DNA from: an uncultured delta proteobacterium | GTDB taxonomy: Bacteria; Myxococcota_A; Polyangia; Polyangiales; Polyangiaceae | Length of the DNA stretch: 64,000 nt | Assembly: GCA_963696385.1 (NCBI GenBank) | Contig: CAVOKF010000003.1 | Span: forward strand, 736,001 to 800,000 | Reading direction: 5' to 3' | Shown: piece by piece, positions 49,580 to 58,803 of the stretch | Numbering within the stretch: the stretch's first letter is position 1 | Layout of the letters: each line of letters begins with the position of its first letter | The notes under the pieces: generated by a model | Told to the model about the DNA's origin: nothing | Databases searched by the model: none | Seen by the model: only the letters and a program-made list of their open reading frames with translations | Translations under genes and position numbers: made by a program

Positions 49580-50680
49580 CTACCGCTCCGGCCAATCGCG
49601 TAGCGCGCCGACGACCTGCTCGACCTGGACCTGGGCGAGCTCCGGAAACATGGGCAACGACAACGTTTCGTTCGCAGCGCGCTCAGCATGCGGAAAATCA
49701 CCGGGCTTGTGCCCGAGTTCGACGAAGCAACGTTGTAGGTGAACCGGGATGGGATAGTGAATGCCGGTCCCAATGCCGCGCTGCGTCAGGTACCCCTGCA
49801 GCGCATCGCGCCTCGAATGCCGGATCGCATAGACGTGGTAGACGGCGCGCAATTCGGTGGAGGATGAAGGGCCACGATACACGCTACCGCCCAACAGCGC
49901 GTCGTATTGCGCAGCGTGCCGGCGCCGGGCCTCCGTCCAGTCTTCGATATACTTCATTTTTACGCCGAGGACGGCGCCCTGAATGCCTTCCATTCGATAG
50001 TTGAAGCCCTTGATGTCGTGATGGTACCTGCGCTCGCTGCCCCAGTCCCGCAACATTCTGAGCGTCTTCGCGTAACCCGAATCATGGGTCGTGACGGCGC
50101 CGCCCTCGCCGTAAGCGCCCAGGTTCTTGCCGGGGTAGAAGCTGAAGCAGCCGAGCTCGCCCATGCTCCCGGCTCGCCGACCCCTGTATTCGGCGCCGTG
50201 CGCCTGCGCCGCGTCCTCGATCACCGGAATGCCGCGCCGGCGCGCCACGGCCAGAATGGGATCCATGTCGGCCGGCCGGCCGTGCAAGTGTACGGGCAGG
50301 ATCGCCTTAGTCCGCGAAGTGATCGCCGCTTCGATTTTGGCAGGGTCAATCGTGAGCGTCTCGGGATCGATGTCGACGAAAACCGGTTTGGCCCCGGCAT
50401 AGTCGATCGCAGACACAGTCGCGACGAACGTAAAGGGTGTCGTGATGACTTCATCCCCACGCCCCACGCCCACCGCAAGCAAGGCGAGGTGTAAGGCGCT
50501 CGTGCCGCTATTCACGGCAATCGCGTGCTCGGTCGAGCAGTAACTCGCGAAGGCCTTCTCGAACGAAGCCACCGCCGTTCCTAACACGAACTGCGTGCTT
50601 TCTAGGACACCGAGGACTGCGGCGTCAATTTCTTGCTTGATCGACAAATATTGGGTCTTCAGATCGACGAACGGGATCAC
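49580..50680 (-). CDS. DegT/DnrJ/EryC1/StrS aminotransferase (WbpE/FdtB-like)
   Basis: IPFVDLK, NSGTSALHLAL, IEDAAQAHGA, FSFYPGKNLGAYGEGG, IHYPIPVH, LSLPMFPEL; GAGGAG RBS. Confidence 0.95.
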   Translation of the reverse strand: MIPFVDLKTQYLSIKQEIDAAVLGVLESTQFVLGTAVASFEKAFASYCSTEHAIAVNSGTSALHLALLAVGVGRGDEVITTPFTFVATVSAIDYAGAKPVFVDIDPETLTIDPAKIEAAITSRTKAILPVHLHGRPADMDPILAVARRRGIPVIEDAAQAHGAEYRGRRAGSMGELGCFSFYPGKNLGAYGEGGAVTTHDSGYAKTLRMLRDWGSERRYHHDIKGFNYRMEGIQGAVLGVKMKYIEDWTEARRRHAAQYDALLGGSVYRGPSSSTELRAVYHVYAIRHSRRDALQGYLTQRGIGTGIHYPIPVHLQRCFVELGHKPGDFPHAERAANETLSLPMFPELAQVQVEQVVGALRDWPER

Positions 50681-50693
50681 GTTGTTTTGCTCC

Positions 50694-51707
50694 TCACCGG
50701 GTGAGCTGAACGGGTTGACCGTGTTGTGCGACTGACTTCGACGCAGCTTCGAGAATACGTACGACGCGCAGGCCCGCCTGGCCGTCTGTCGTTGGTCGCC
50801 GTCCGCTGCCGATGCAGTCGATGAAATGACGTGCTTCGACCTGCAGCGCTTCGACATTGTTCAAGTGCGGCGCCCACATGTCACCCGCACGGTAGCCGAC
50901 CTTGAGCTGATAGACGCCCTCCGGCCCGCTGTTGATGGTGATGCCCTTGTCATAAATACGCAGTTTTTCACTGAGTTGCATATCATCCCATTCAATCATC
51001 TTGTGGGATCCACCAATCATCGTGCGACGAATCTTGACGGGTGCGAGCCAGTTGACGTGAAAATGAGCGATCAAATTGTCGTCAAAAAAGCAGGTGAGGT
51101 ACGCGAGGCTTTCGGGTTGCCCAGGAACGCTCGCAACGCCGGTCGCCGCGACCATCCTCGGCGGCTTTCCCAACACAAAGTCCATGATCGACAAGTCGTG
51201 GACCGCGAGGTCCCAAAGTACGTTCACATCGTGCTGAAAGAGACCGAGATTCACACGCACCGAATCATAATAAAAAAGCTGACCGAGGCTTCCTTGTTCG
51301 ATGAGCTCTTTGATCTTTCGAACAACCGTCGTGTAAACGAAGGTGTGATCCACCATCAGGATCAGACGACGCTTCTCAGCTTCACCGATGAGCTGCGACG
51401 CTTGCTCGGAGGTCGTCGTGATGGGTTTCTCGATCAACACATGCTTGCCCGCCTCGAGCGTCGCCATTCCCAGCTCAAAATGCGACGACACGGGAGTGGC
51501 AATGGCGACCGCGTCGACACCCGAGTCTGCGAGCATCTCTCGTGCATCGGCGAACGTTTTCACGGCGGGATAATGTGCCTCCACCTGTGCGCGTCGCGCC
51601 GGCGACTGATCGCACACGCCGACGACCCGTGCGCCATCGGTCAAGTTGAAGTTGCGAACCAGGTTCGGACCCCAGTAGCCGTATCCAATTACGCCGATGC
51701 CTATCAT
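50694..51707 (-). CDS. Gfo/Idh/MocA oxidoreductase (WbpB/WlbA-like sugar-nucleotide dehydrogenase)
   Basis: GVIGYGYWGPNL, AIATP, GKHVLIEKP, WDLAVHDLS. Confidence 0.92.
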   Translation of the reverse strand: MIGIGVIGYGYWGPNLVRNFNLTDGARVVGVCDQSPARRAQVEAHYPAVKTFADAREMLADSGVDAVAIATPVSSHFELGMATLEAGKHVLIEKPITTTSEQASQLIGEAEKRRLILMVDHTFVYTTVVRKIKELIEQGSLGQLFYYDSVRVNLGLFQHDVNVLWDLAVHDLSIMDFVLGKPPRMVAATGVASVPGQPESLAYLTCFFDDNLIAHFHVNWLAPVKIRRTMIGGSHKMIEWDDMQLSEKLRIYDKGITINSGPEGVYQLKVGYRAGDMWAPHLNNVEALQVEARHFIDCIGSGRRPTTDGQAGLRVVRILEAASKSVAQHGQPVQLTR

Positions 51708-52285
51708 TGTCGCTTCTCCCTTTGCGCCTGAGACGCTTCCTGTTCCGAACGCGTCAGCGCCACCGCTTCCTCTTGCGAACTGCAACGCGTACCGTCTGCG
51801 CTGACCCAGCCGATCACGCGCCCCGGATTCCCAACCACAAGGGCGTGATCGGGAACGTCCTTGGTCACGACCGATCCCGATCCAATCATCGCCCAACGCC
51901 CGATCGTAACGCCCGTCACCACGACAGCGCAGGCTCCAATCGCGGCGCCGTAGCGTACCCGCGTCGAACCGACGGTCCAGTCGGCCGGGCCTCTCAGCGA
52001 TCCGTCCGGATTGATGCCTCGGGGCACCTTGTCGTTCGTGAATACGACATGGGGCCCCACAAACACGCCATCGTCCAGTTCGAGTCCGTTGTACAGAGAC
52101 GCGTTGTTCTGGATCTTCACCTGGTTTCCGACAACCACGCCATACTCAACGTACACACCTTGCCCGACTATGCAGTTTCGTCCGATCCGAGCTTTTTCCC
52201 GAATCTGAGCATTGCGCCAGATGACCGTGCCATCGCCCACGTCTGCTTCTGGAGAGACCTGAGCGTCGGGGTGGATCTTGATCAT
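51704..52285 (-). CDS. LbH N-acyltransferase (WbpD/WlbB/FdtC-like)
   Basis: IHPDAQV, IGRNCIVG, VKIQNN, FVGPHVVFTND..PR, IGRWAMIGSGSVVTKDV...GNPGR. Confidence 0.9.
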   Translation of the reverse strand: MIKIHPDAQVSPEADVGDGTVIWRNAQIREKARIGRNCIVGQGVYVEYGVVVGNQVKIQNNASLYNGLELDDGVFVGPHVVFTNDKVPRGINPDGSLRGPADWTVGSTRVRYGAAIGACAVVVTGVTIGRWAMIGSGSVVTKDVPDHALVVGNPGRVIGWVSADGTRCSSQEEAVALTRSEQEASQAQREKRQ

Positions 52286-52549
52286 GAAATTGCCTCGGTG
52301 AGGGCGCGCGTCAGCGCCCGCGGAGCCCAAGCGCTACCGCATTTAGTGTTTGATACGACAGCCTCCTCATGTTGGCAACGTCTCTCAAGGTGCCTGAGAT
52401 TTTTCATTTCCGAGCACCCTTCTTCGGAGAATGGCTCCCCTCTCGACGGACGACATACTCCTGACCGATTCCGCCGGTAGCCCCACGGCCCCGTGAGGCT
52501 GCGCCTGGCCATGGGCAGAGTCTGGGAATAGGTTATGGCCCCGCAAAAC

Positions 52550-52570
52550 GCTCCAATTAGCAATTGGAGC
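52550..52570. promoter_or_regulatory. Perfect 9-bp inverted repeat (GCTCCAATT-agc-AATTGGAGC), candidate operator in a divergent intergenic region
   Basis: Dyad read directly; lies between the divergent genes starting at 52285(-) and 52940(+). Confidence 0.4.
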
Positions 52571-52939
52571 TCGTCCCGAGTTCCAATGCTACGCTCGTCC
52601 CATCACGACCGTAAGCTAAATCGAGTTCCGACCGCAGGCGATCCAAAAAAATGATGCTTTCGGGCGGTAACAGACGCCGTGGGTTCGAGGGCGCGAATGT
52701 GGCCACCGCGGCGCTATCGTCATGTCAGCGACGCCTCCGGCAGCACGCCTCGCGCGAAGTTCGCGCGACTCGGGAGCACTATTGGCTTCTCGCAATCGCG
52801 CAAAGCCGGGCCAAGCGCACTTCGGCACCAAGATGATTACCCTAAGTCCGGCGCGCTGCGCGACAACGGTGTGTTCCATCCGACTGCCGTCGGGGATACG
52901 ATCCGCTCTCGGCCGGAGCGGCGATTGGGAGAGTGTCTC

Positions 52940-54565
52940 ATGGATGGCGCCGGCAGGAAGAGGGAGACGCGCGTGAGTGCCCATGCTCGCGCCATTGCAG
53001 CCAGTCTGGCTCTTCTCGGGTCCGACTGCGGGTCGGACGCGCCAGACACGGACCCGCAGGTGCACCCGTCCAGCGCGGCCGGTTCGTCTGCGACGACCGA
53101 CGCCGGGGTGACAGCCAGCGGCGGCCTCTCAAACGCCACGGGTTCGGACGGTTCGTCCTCTGCGCCGGGTCCCGGGTGCGGCCTCGAGGCGACCGCGTTC
53201 TGCGACACGTTCGATGCCCTCTCAACCACACGTGGCCGCGCCGGAGAGCTCGATCCACAGAAGTGGAGCGGGAGCCGTTTGGTCGTGCAGCTGCCGACGA
53301 CCGGCGGCAATCCCTTCCCGATCATGCCCGCCGCGATCGACAACTGCCGATCGGGCCTTCTTCTCACCGCATTTCCGGACAACGACACGCTGATCTGCGA
53401 CCCCAGCGCAACGGTGGCGAGTCCGCACTTGCTCGTCGCCGTGGCCGCGCAAAACTACGGAGAGAACTCTTACCGCATCCGGCAACCGTTCGATTTCGCC
53501 GGGCGGACCGGCACCATCGTCTTCGACGCCGAAGCTTTCAACCTTCCATTGTTGGGATGGATCTCGCTCGACGTAACCGCGGATCCGATCGCCGTTCCGT
53601 CGTTCGCCATCCGTTTCAACGACGAGGGTGCGGTGATTCCGCAGAATGCCTTCGAGGTGCAGCTGTCCAACTCGTGCGGCGCCGCCGCGACCACCGTTTC
53701 GCCCACAGGCAGCTTCACACTCGATTCTATTCAGGTGTTCCAGAACTATGTGGATACGGTCCTGTCGCCGGCGCAAGCTTCACCTTGCTTGCCAACGCTC
53801 CAGGGAGCCCTCAATCATTTCGAGGTGCAGGTATCGCAGCAAAACATCGCCGTTTTCGCGACCCCTTTCTCACCGGATGGCGTGACGTTCGAAACACCCC
53901 AGCTTGTCTATAGCGTGGACGTCGACCTGCCGTTCACCCGCGGCTACGTTCATATCACCACGCACAATCATGCCACCCTCAAGTACAGTCCCGATAACCA
54001 GCTTCAATCCTGGTCCGCGCACTGGGACAATGTCGGCTTCGATGGTCCGGTTATCGCGAATTGGCGCGAATACGAGGTTCCGGATTCGTTGGTTGCCTTT
54101 TCCGGTGCTCCATTCGGATTCAGCGCCCCCCCTCAGGGCTCGGTCGATGTAGGTTACGTGGTGGCAGACGCGACGCAGGGTCCCAACGCAAGTTTGCATT
54201 TTTCGGGTGTCGATCTCACGGGCGTGACCACTGCCCGCATTGCGCTGTCGAGCTGGTACGACATCAACGGCGGCACACCCTCTCAATTTTCTTTGCAGTA
54301 TCGGCTAAACGGCGGAGCCTGGATCGATCGATCCCTGACGGCTGCCGAGCTGACGCTCACCATGGTTTCGCCCGGAGGCCCACAGATCATCCAAGGCACC
54401 ACCACGTTCACGAGCCAGATGTGGGGCGCATTCGGCCAGATGCTGGAGGTCCCCGTTGCGGATCTCGTCGCCGGCGACAACACAATCGAATTCGTTACGG
54501 CGAACGTGCCCCAGTCGTACCCGCCGGCCGTTGCGAACGTCGATCTCATCCTCGGCATGCCGTGA
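52940..54565 (+). CDS. Secreted protein of unknown function, probable lipoprotein with beta-sandwich domain
   Basis: Hydrophobic N-terminal segment followed by Cys (ALLGSDC), Ser/Gly linker, FCDTFD...KWS, HWDNVGFDG; start uncertain. Confidence 0.68.
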   Translation: MDGAGRKRETRVSAHARAIAASLALLGSDCGSDAPDTDPQVHPSSAAGSSATTDAGVTASGGLSNATGSDGSSSAPGPGCGLEATAFCDTFDALSTTRGRAGELDPQKWSGSRLVVQLPTTGGNPFPIMPAAIDNCRSGLLLTAFPDNDTLICDPSATVASPHLLVAVAAQNYGENSYRIRQPFDFAGRTGTIVFDAEAFNLPLLGWISLDVTADPIAVPSFAIRFNDEGAVIPQNAFEVQLSNSCGAAATTVSPTGSFTLDSIQVFQNYVDTVLSPAQASPCLPTLQGALNHFEVQVSQQNIAVFATPFSPDGVTFETPQLVYSVDVDLPFTRGYVHITTHNHATLKYSPDNQLQSWSAHWDNVGFDGPVIANWREYEVPDSLVAFSGAPFGFSAPPQGSVDVGYVVADATQGPNASLHFSGVDLTGVTTARIALSSWYDINGGTPSQFSLQYRLNGGAWIDRSLTAAELTLTMVSPGGPQIIQGTTTFTSQMWGAFGQMLEVPVADLVAGDNTIEFVTANVPQSYPPAVANVDLILGMP

Positions 54566-54613
54566 TTCAGCGCGCTAAAACAAGAGCGGCACTCTCCAGC
54601 CGTGGCTCTTGGG

Positions 54614-55480
54614 TCAAGGGGTGGCGTACCCCTTATTCCCGAACAGCGATCTCACAAATCGGTAAGCGGAATAGGTGAACGGTGCCATCACGAACGTTCG
54701 CTCGCGCATTCGCCCGAGCACCGTAGGTCGGTACCAGTTCTCGTAAAACATCATCTTGCCCTCGTTCACCTTAAACGGATCTCGACGCTGCACTTCGGAC
54801 TGCTCTTGACCGAAGACCAATGCAATCATCGGACGCGGAAGAGCTGTGCGATTCGGCATTCCCCGGTGCCAAAGACTCGAGGTTCTCACGAGGACGTCTC
54901 CTTGATTCATCGGGAGCCGCTTGCTGAAGCGCTGTGGCCTTTCCAAGGCGAAGCGCCAGTACTTGTAAAATTGTTTGTGAGTCCCGGGGACGACTTCAAT
55001 GGCGCCATTCACCACGTCGGTGTCGACGACGGCAACGTTCACGACCATGAAGGCGTCGAGGTAGCTGCTGTCCACGTGGTAATGTTGTGCTACGCTGTCG
55101 GGGAGATTCAAGTTGCATCCGACGTTCGGAGTAACGAACGGGCGAGGGTATATTTCCTTCACCACGTCGACAATCCCGCGTTCGCAAACCGCCTCGTAGG
55201 CAAAGCGAGACTCTTCACCGGGAAAGCTGTTGAGGTGCCCGCTTATGCCACCTCCGCCGTCAATGAGACGGCCGGAACGTTTGGTGCGCTCGAACTCCTC
55301 GACGATTCTCGTCCGAAGAAGCGCAAGCTTCTCTCTGGACACCACATTCTTGACGATGAAGTAACCGTCCTCGGCGTACGATCGCTTGAGGGCCTCGCGC
55401 TCGCTCGAAGACAGCGGCGGAAGGGCCGCCGCGCCCTCGCCTTCCGACGATGATGCCTGCGGATTGGTTGCTTGCGTCAT
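54614..55480 (-). CDS. Phytanoyl-CoA dioxygenase (PhyH) family Fe(II)/2OG oxygenase
   Basis: YAEDGYFIV, QHYHVDS (HxD), GAIEVVPGTH, GDVLVR...LWHRG, PRPM. Confidence 0.85.
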   Translation of the reverse strand: MTQATNPQASSSEGEGAAALPPLSSSEREALKRSYAEDGYFIVKNVVSREKLALLRTRIVEEFERTKRSGRLIDGGGGISGHLNSFPGEESRFAYEAVCERGIVDVVKEIYPRPFVTPNVGCNLNLPDSVAQHYHVDSSYLDAFMVVNVAVVDTDVVNGAIEVVPGTHKQFYKYWRFALERPQRFSKRLPMNQGDVLVRTSSLWHRGMPNRTALPRPMIALVFGQEQSEVQRRDPFKVNEGKMMFYENWYRPTVLGRMRERTFVMAPFTYSAYRFVRSLFGNKGYATP

Positions 55481-55634
55481 CGGACTCCCCATACCATTCG
55501 GTGTACACACGCAACCCGATGCCCCATCGCACGCACCGATTCGAGAGCGTAACGAACATGGTGGACGTGCGCAAGGTGCGTTCGAACTCGCGGCGGTCGA
55601 ACTAGGTTGGCGACGAACGTGGCCCGGGTCGATG

Positions 55635-56417
55635 TCACTTCGCCATTGTGGACAAGACGGGCAGGAGAATCTGGTTCAGCGCCGCGTTCAGCGCCGCGTA
55701 GCCGGGCGGCGAGATATGAAGGTAATCGACCTGATAGGCGCGCTGTATCTCGCCTCGTGGATCGGCCAACACCGCGTTCGCGTCGAAGAGGACGACACCC
55801 TCTCGGACGAGGCTTGGCAGGAACGCGTTGACGTCCCGTACGGCGACGCGCACCTCAGGCGACCAAAAGGGTCTTCGCCAAAGCGCTACGTCGCCGATGC
55901 CGAAAACGTTCACGAGCACCACGTCCGCGCCGATTCGACGGCACTCGTCGACGATGCGCGCGAGGTTGACCTTGCAGTCCGCGACGATCTCGTCGCGTCG
56001 ATCCGGGAATTCGGCAATTGTCTTGAGGTCGTTGACACCGGCCTCCACGACGACGACGTTGGGGCGTAGCGGAGCAAGGTCCTTGTCGAGGCGCAGCAGA
56101 ATCTGAGCCGTGGTTTGGTAGCCTATACCCCTGTTCACGACGCGGTATCCGGACGGCATCGGCGGCGCGGGCCACATGGCCGCACGGGAGTCGCCGAAGA
56201 GCACCAGCAGTGGCCCGTTGCCGCGAGGCTTCGGGCGCTCGGTCGCGTATACTTTCAGTCCGGCCGGGTCGAGCCGAACGGCGTTTGTCTCTTCCACGTA
56301 TCGGCGCGCCGTGTGAACGAGAACCGCATTGACACCGAGGGACGTCAGCAGGAGCGCGCCGAGAATCGCAATGAACGTCGGCGTTCGAACCGCCAACTTC
56401 GATCGGTCTGCCGTCAA
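55635..56417 (-). CDS. SGNH/GDSL hydrolase (putative polysaccharide esterase/acyltransferase), N-terminal TM
   Basis: FGDSRA, NRGIGYQTT, AGVND, DYLH; overlaps the upstream GT2 stop by 4 nt. Confidence 0.88.
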   Translation of the reverse strand: MTADRSKLAVRTPTFIAILGALLLTSLGVNAVLVHTARRYVEETNAVRLDPAGLKVYATERPKPRGNGPLLVLFGDSRAAMWPAPPMPSGYRVVNRGIGYQTTAQILLRLDKDLAPLRPNVVVVEAGVNDLKTIAEFPDRRDEIVADCKVNLARIVDECRRIGADVVLVNVFGIGDVALWRRPFWSPEVRVAVRDVNAFLPSLVREGVVLFDANAVLADPRGEIQRAYQVDYLHISPPGYAALNAALNQILLPVLSTMAK

Positions 56418-57664
56418 GGCTTTTCTCGCTCCTCACGCGTCGTGCGAACCCACTCACGCTCTTGCGCCGACGACAAGCGCCTGGCCAGTGCCAACTTCCA
56501 AACGAGATAAACCGGCACCCAGAGCAAATCCAGTATGCCTCGTATGCCTGTGCCCGACAGCCACACGCCTCGAATGACGTAGACGGCGAGTCCAGCCAAT
56601 GCGACACACCACGGAGCGAACGACCACCACGTGCCATGACCCAGCGCAACCCATACAGCAGACGCGCCGGCTCCGCTGACTGCAGCCAGCGCAACGTAGG
56701 TCAATGGCGGAATGAGCAGATCGGCAGCCAAATCCAGCAACACCAAACTTCGCCGGCGTAACGCTTCGCCGAGCAGCTGCCGTGCCTGCCGGCGTGCGAG
56801 CGCCCACCTTCCGCCCTCCCAGCGCTGCCTTTGGCTGCGCGATCCCCGCTCCGAGGAGACCATCTCACCAAGCACGTGGGCTTCTCCGGCATACTGAACC
56901 CGATGTCCGGCGAGGCCGAGCCGTATCCCATACTCGACATCCTCAACCAGAGAAAATGCGTCATACGGGACCTCGTGCAGGGTGGCGAGGGGGAATGCCA
57001 TGCCGTTGCCTCGAAGGCCCGCTGAAGCACCCAACCGCTCGCGAGCGCGCGAACGCACGTCGTGAAACAGGGTGAACGCGATGTGCATCAACCGAGTTCT
57101 CCAGGATGCTTGGCGATTTGCGACCGCGTACTGTACCTGAACCGCGCGCGCGCCAGCCTGCAGGCGCGCATCCAACACCCGAAGGAGATTCGACCCGACG
57201 GTCGTGTCCGCGTCGACAACGACGACTGCGTCGGCGCGTCCTTCGCGCAGCACGCGCTCGAATGCATGCGCGAGTGCATAGCCCTTTCCCCGACGGGCCG
57301 GGTCATTGCGCTCGACGACGACGGCACCTGCCTCGGTTGCGCGGATCACCGTCCGGTCGGTGCAATTGTCCGCCACCACCACGACTCGCCGGAGCTCCTG
57401 AGGGTATTCCGCAGCCAGGAGACTCGCCACCGTTGCCGAAATGCCACGCTCTTCGTCGTGAGCCGGCACGATGACCTCGAACCGAATCCGAGGGGCTCCT
57501 GTCGATTGGGAAGTCGGATTGGCTCGAGACAGCAGCGCAAGCAACGCGAGATACGCAGTCCAGCAAAGGACCGGCAGCGAACAGACGGCGAGTGCAACAC
57601 TCACGATCACGAGCTGCCCCGCCTCGCGAGGCAACGATCGCGACGCGCGCCATCTGTGCAACAC
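56414..57664 (-). CDS. Membrane-bound glycosyltransferase family 2 with QxxRW motif
   Basis: VPAHDEE, ADNCTD, GKGYAL, DADT, EDVE, QRQRW; N- and C-terminal TM helices; start uncertain. Confidence 0.9.
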   Translation of the reverse strand: MLHRWRASRSLPREAGQLVIVSVALAVCSLPVLCWTAYLALLALLSRANPTSQSTGAPRIRFEVIVPAHDEERGISATVASLLAAEYPQELRRVVVVADNCTDRTVIRATEAGAVVVERNDPARRGKGYALAHAFERVLREGRADAVVVVDADTTVGSNLLRVLDARLQAGARAVQVQYAVANRQASWRTRLMHIAFTLFHDVRSRARERLGASAGLRGNGMAFPLATLHEVPYDAFSLVEDVEYGIRLGLAGHRVQYAGEAHVLGEMVSSERGSRSQRQRWEGGRWALARRQARQLLGEALRRRSLVLLDLAADLLIPPLTYVALAAVSGAGASAVWVALGHGTWWSFAPWCVALAGLAVYVIRGVWLSGTGIRGILDLLWVPVYLVWKLALARRLSSAQEREWVRTTREEREKP

Positions 57665-57690
57665 CCCATGGTCAACGCCCTAGGACGCCG

Positions 57691-58632
57691 TCAGCCCGCG
57701 AGCAATCGCCTGAAGTAGGCGATCGTCTCCTTCAGGCCATCTTCGAGCGCGACCTTGGGGACCCAGTTCAGCCGTGAGGTGGCAAGCGCAATGTCCGGCT
57801 TGCGCTGGCGGGGATCATCCGCCGGCAACGGCTTGCTCGCCAGCCGCGATTTGGAACCGGTCAGCTGCAAGACTCGTTCTGCGAGTTCGCGCATCGTGAA
57901 CTCGCCCGGATTTCCAAGGTTGACGGGACCATAGAAACCACTTTCGGAATCCATCATCCGGATCATGCCATCGATCAGATCGTCTACATAACAAAACGAG
58001 CGAGTCTGATGACCGTCCCCGTAGATGGTAATGTCTTCGCCGCGCAGCGCTTGTACGATAAAATTGCTGACAACGCGGCCGTCGTTCGGATGCATGCGCG
58101 GACCGTACGTATTGAAAATACGAATGACCTTTATTTCAAGGCCGTGCTGTCGCTGATAATCAAAAAACAACGTCTCGGCGCACCGCTTGCCCTCGTCGTA
58201 GCAGCTACGTTGACCCACGCAATTGACGCGGCCCCAGTACGTCTCTGGCTGCGGATGTACTTCGGGGTCCCCGTACACCTCCGAAGTCGAAGCTTGTAAA
58301 ATTCTGGCCTTTACCCGCTTGGCTAAGCCGAGCATGTTGATGGCGCCGTGCACGCTCGTCTTGGTCGTTTGAACGGGATCGAATTGATAGTGAATGGGAG
58401 ACGCGGGACACGCGAGATTGAAGATGCGTTCCACTTCGACATAAAGGGGGAACGTCACGTCGTGACGCATCAATTCGAACATCGGAGAGCGAATCAGGTG
58501 CTCGACATTGCGCTTCGAGCCCGTGAAAAAATTGTCGACGCAGAGGACGTCGTGACCGATTGCGATTAGCCTCTCGCATAGGTGAGACCCCAAGAAGCCC
58601 GCTCCACCGGTCACTAGGATCTTTCTATCCAT
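57691..58632 (-). CDS. uxs: UDP-glucuronate decarboxylase (UDP-xylose synthase)
   Basis: [65 protein letters not shown]. Confidence 0.95.
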   Translation of the reverse strand: MDRKILVTGGAGFLGSHLCERLIAIGHDVLCVDNFFTGSKRNVEHLIRSPMFELMRHDVTFPLYVEVERIFNLACPASPIHYQFDPVQTTKTSVHGAINMLGLAKRVKARILQASTSEVYGDPEVHPQPETYWGRVNCVGQRSCYDEGKRCAETLFFDYQRQHGLEIKVIRIFNTYGPRMHPNDGRVVSNFIVQALRGEDITIYGDGHQTRSFCYVDDLIDGMIRMMDSESGFYGPVNLGNPGEFTMRELAERVLQLTGSKSRLASKPLPADDPRQRKPDIALATSRLNWVPKVALEDGLKETIAYFRRLLAG

Positions 58633-58803
58633 GCACCCTAACCTCTCCGAGACCAAGGAGTCTAGCGGACCGTCGGTACAGATGGCACTCAAAACACGCG
58701 GGCAGGCAAAGTCCGCCGAAGACCGCAGCGGCGCTGCCGTTTGGCGATTACCGCCGCTTTGCGCTCGCGTTCACTGGACCGACCCGACGAAAGTGCACGT
58801 CTC

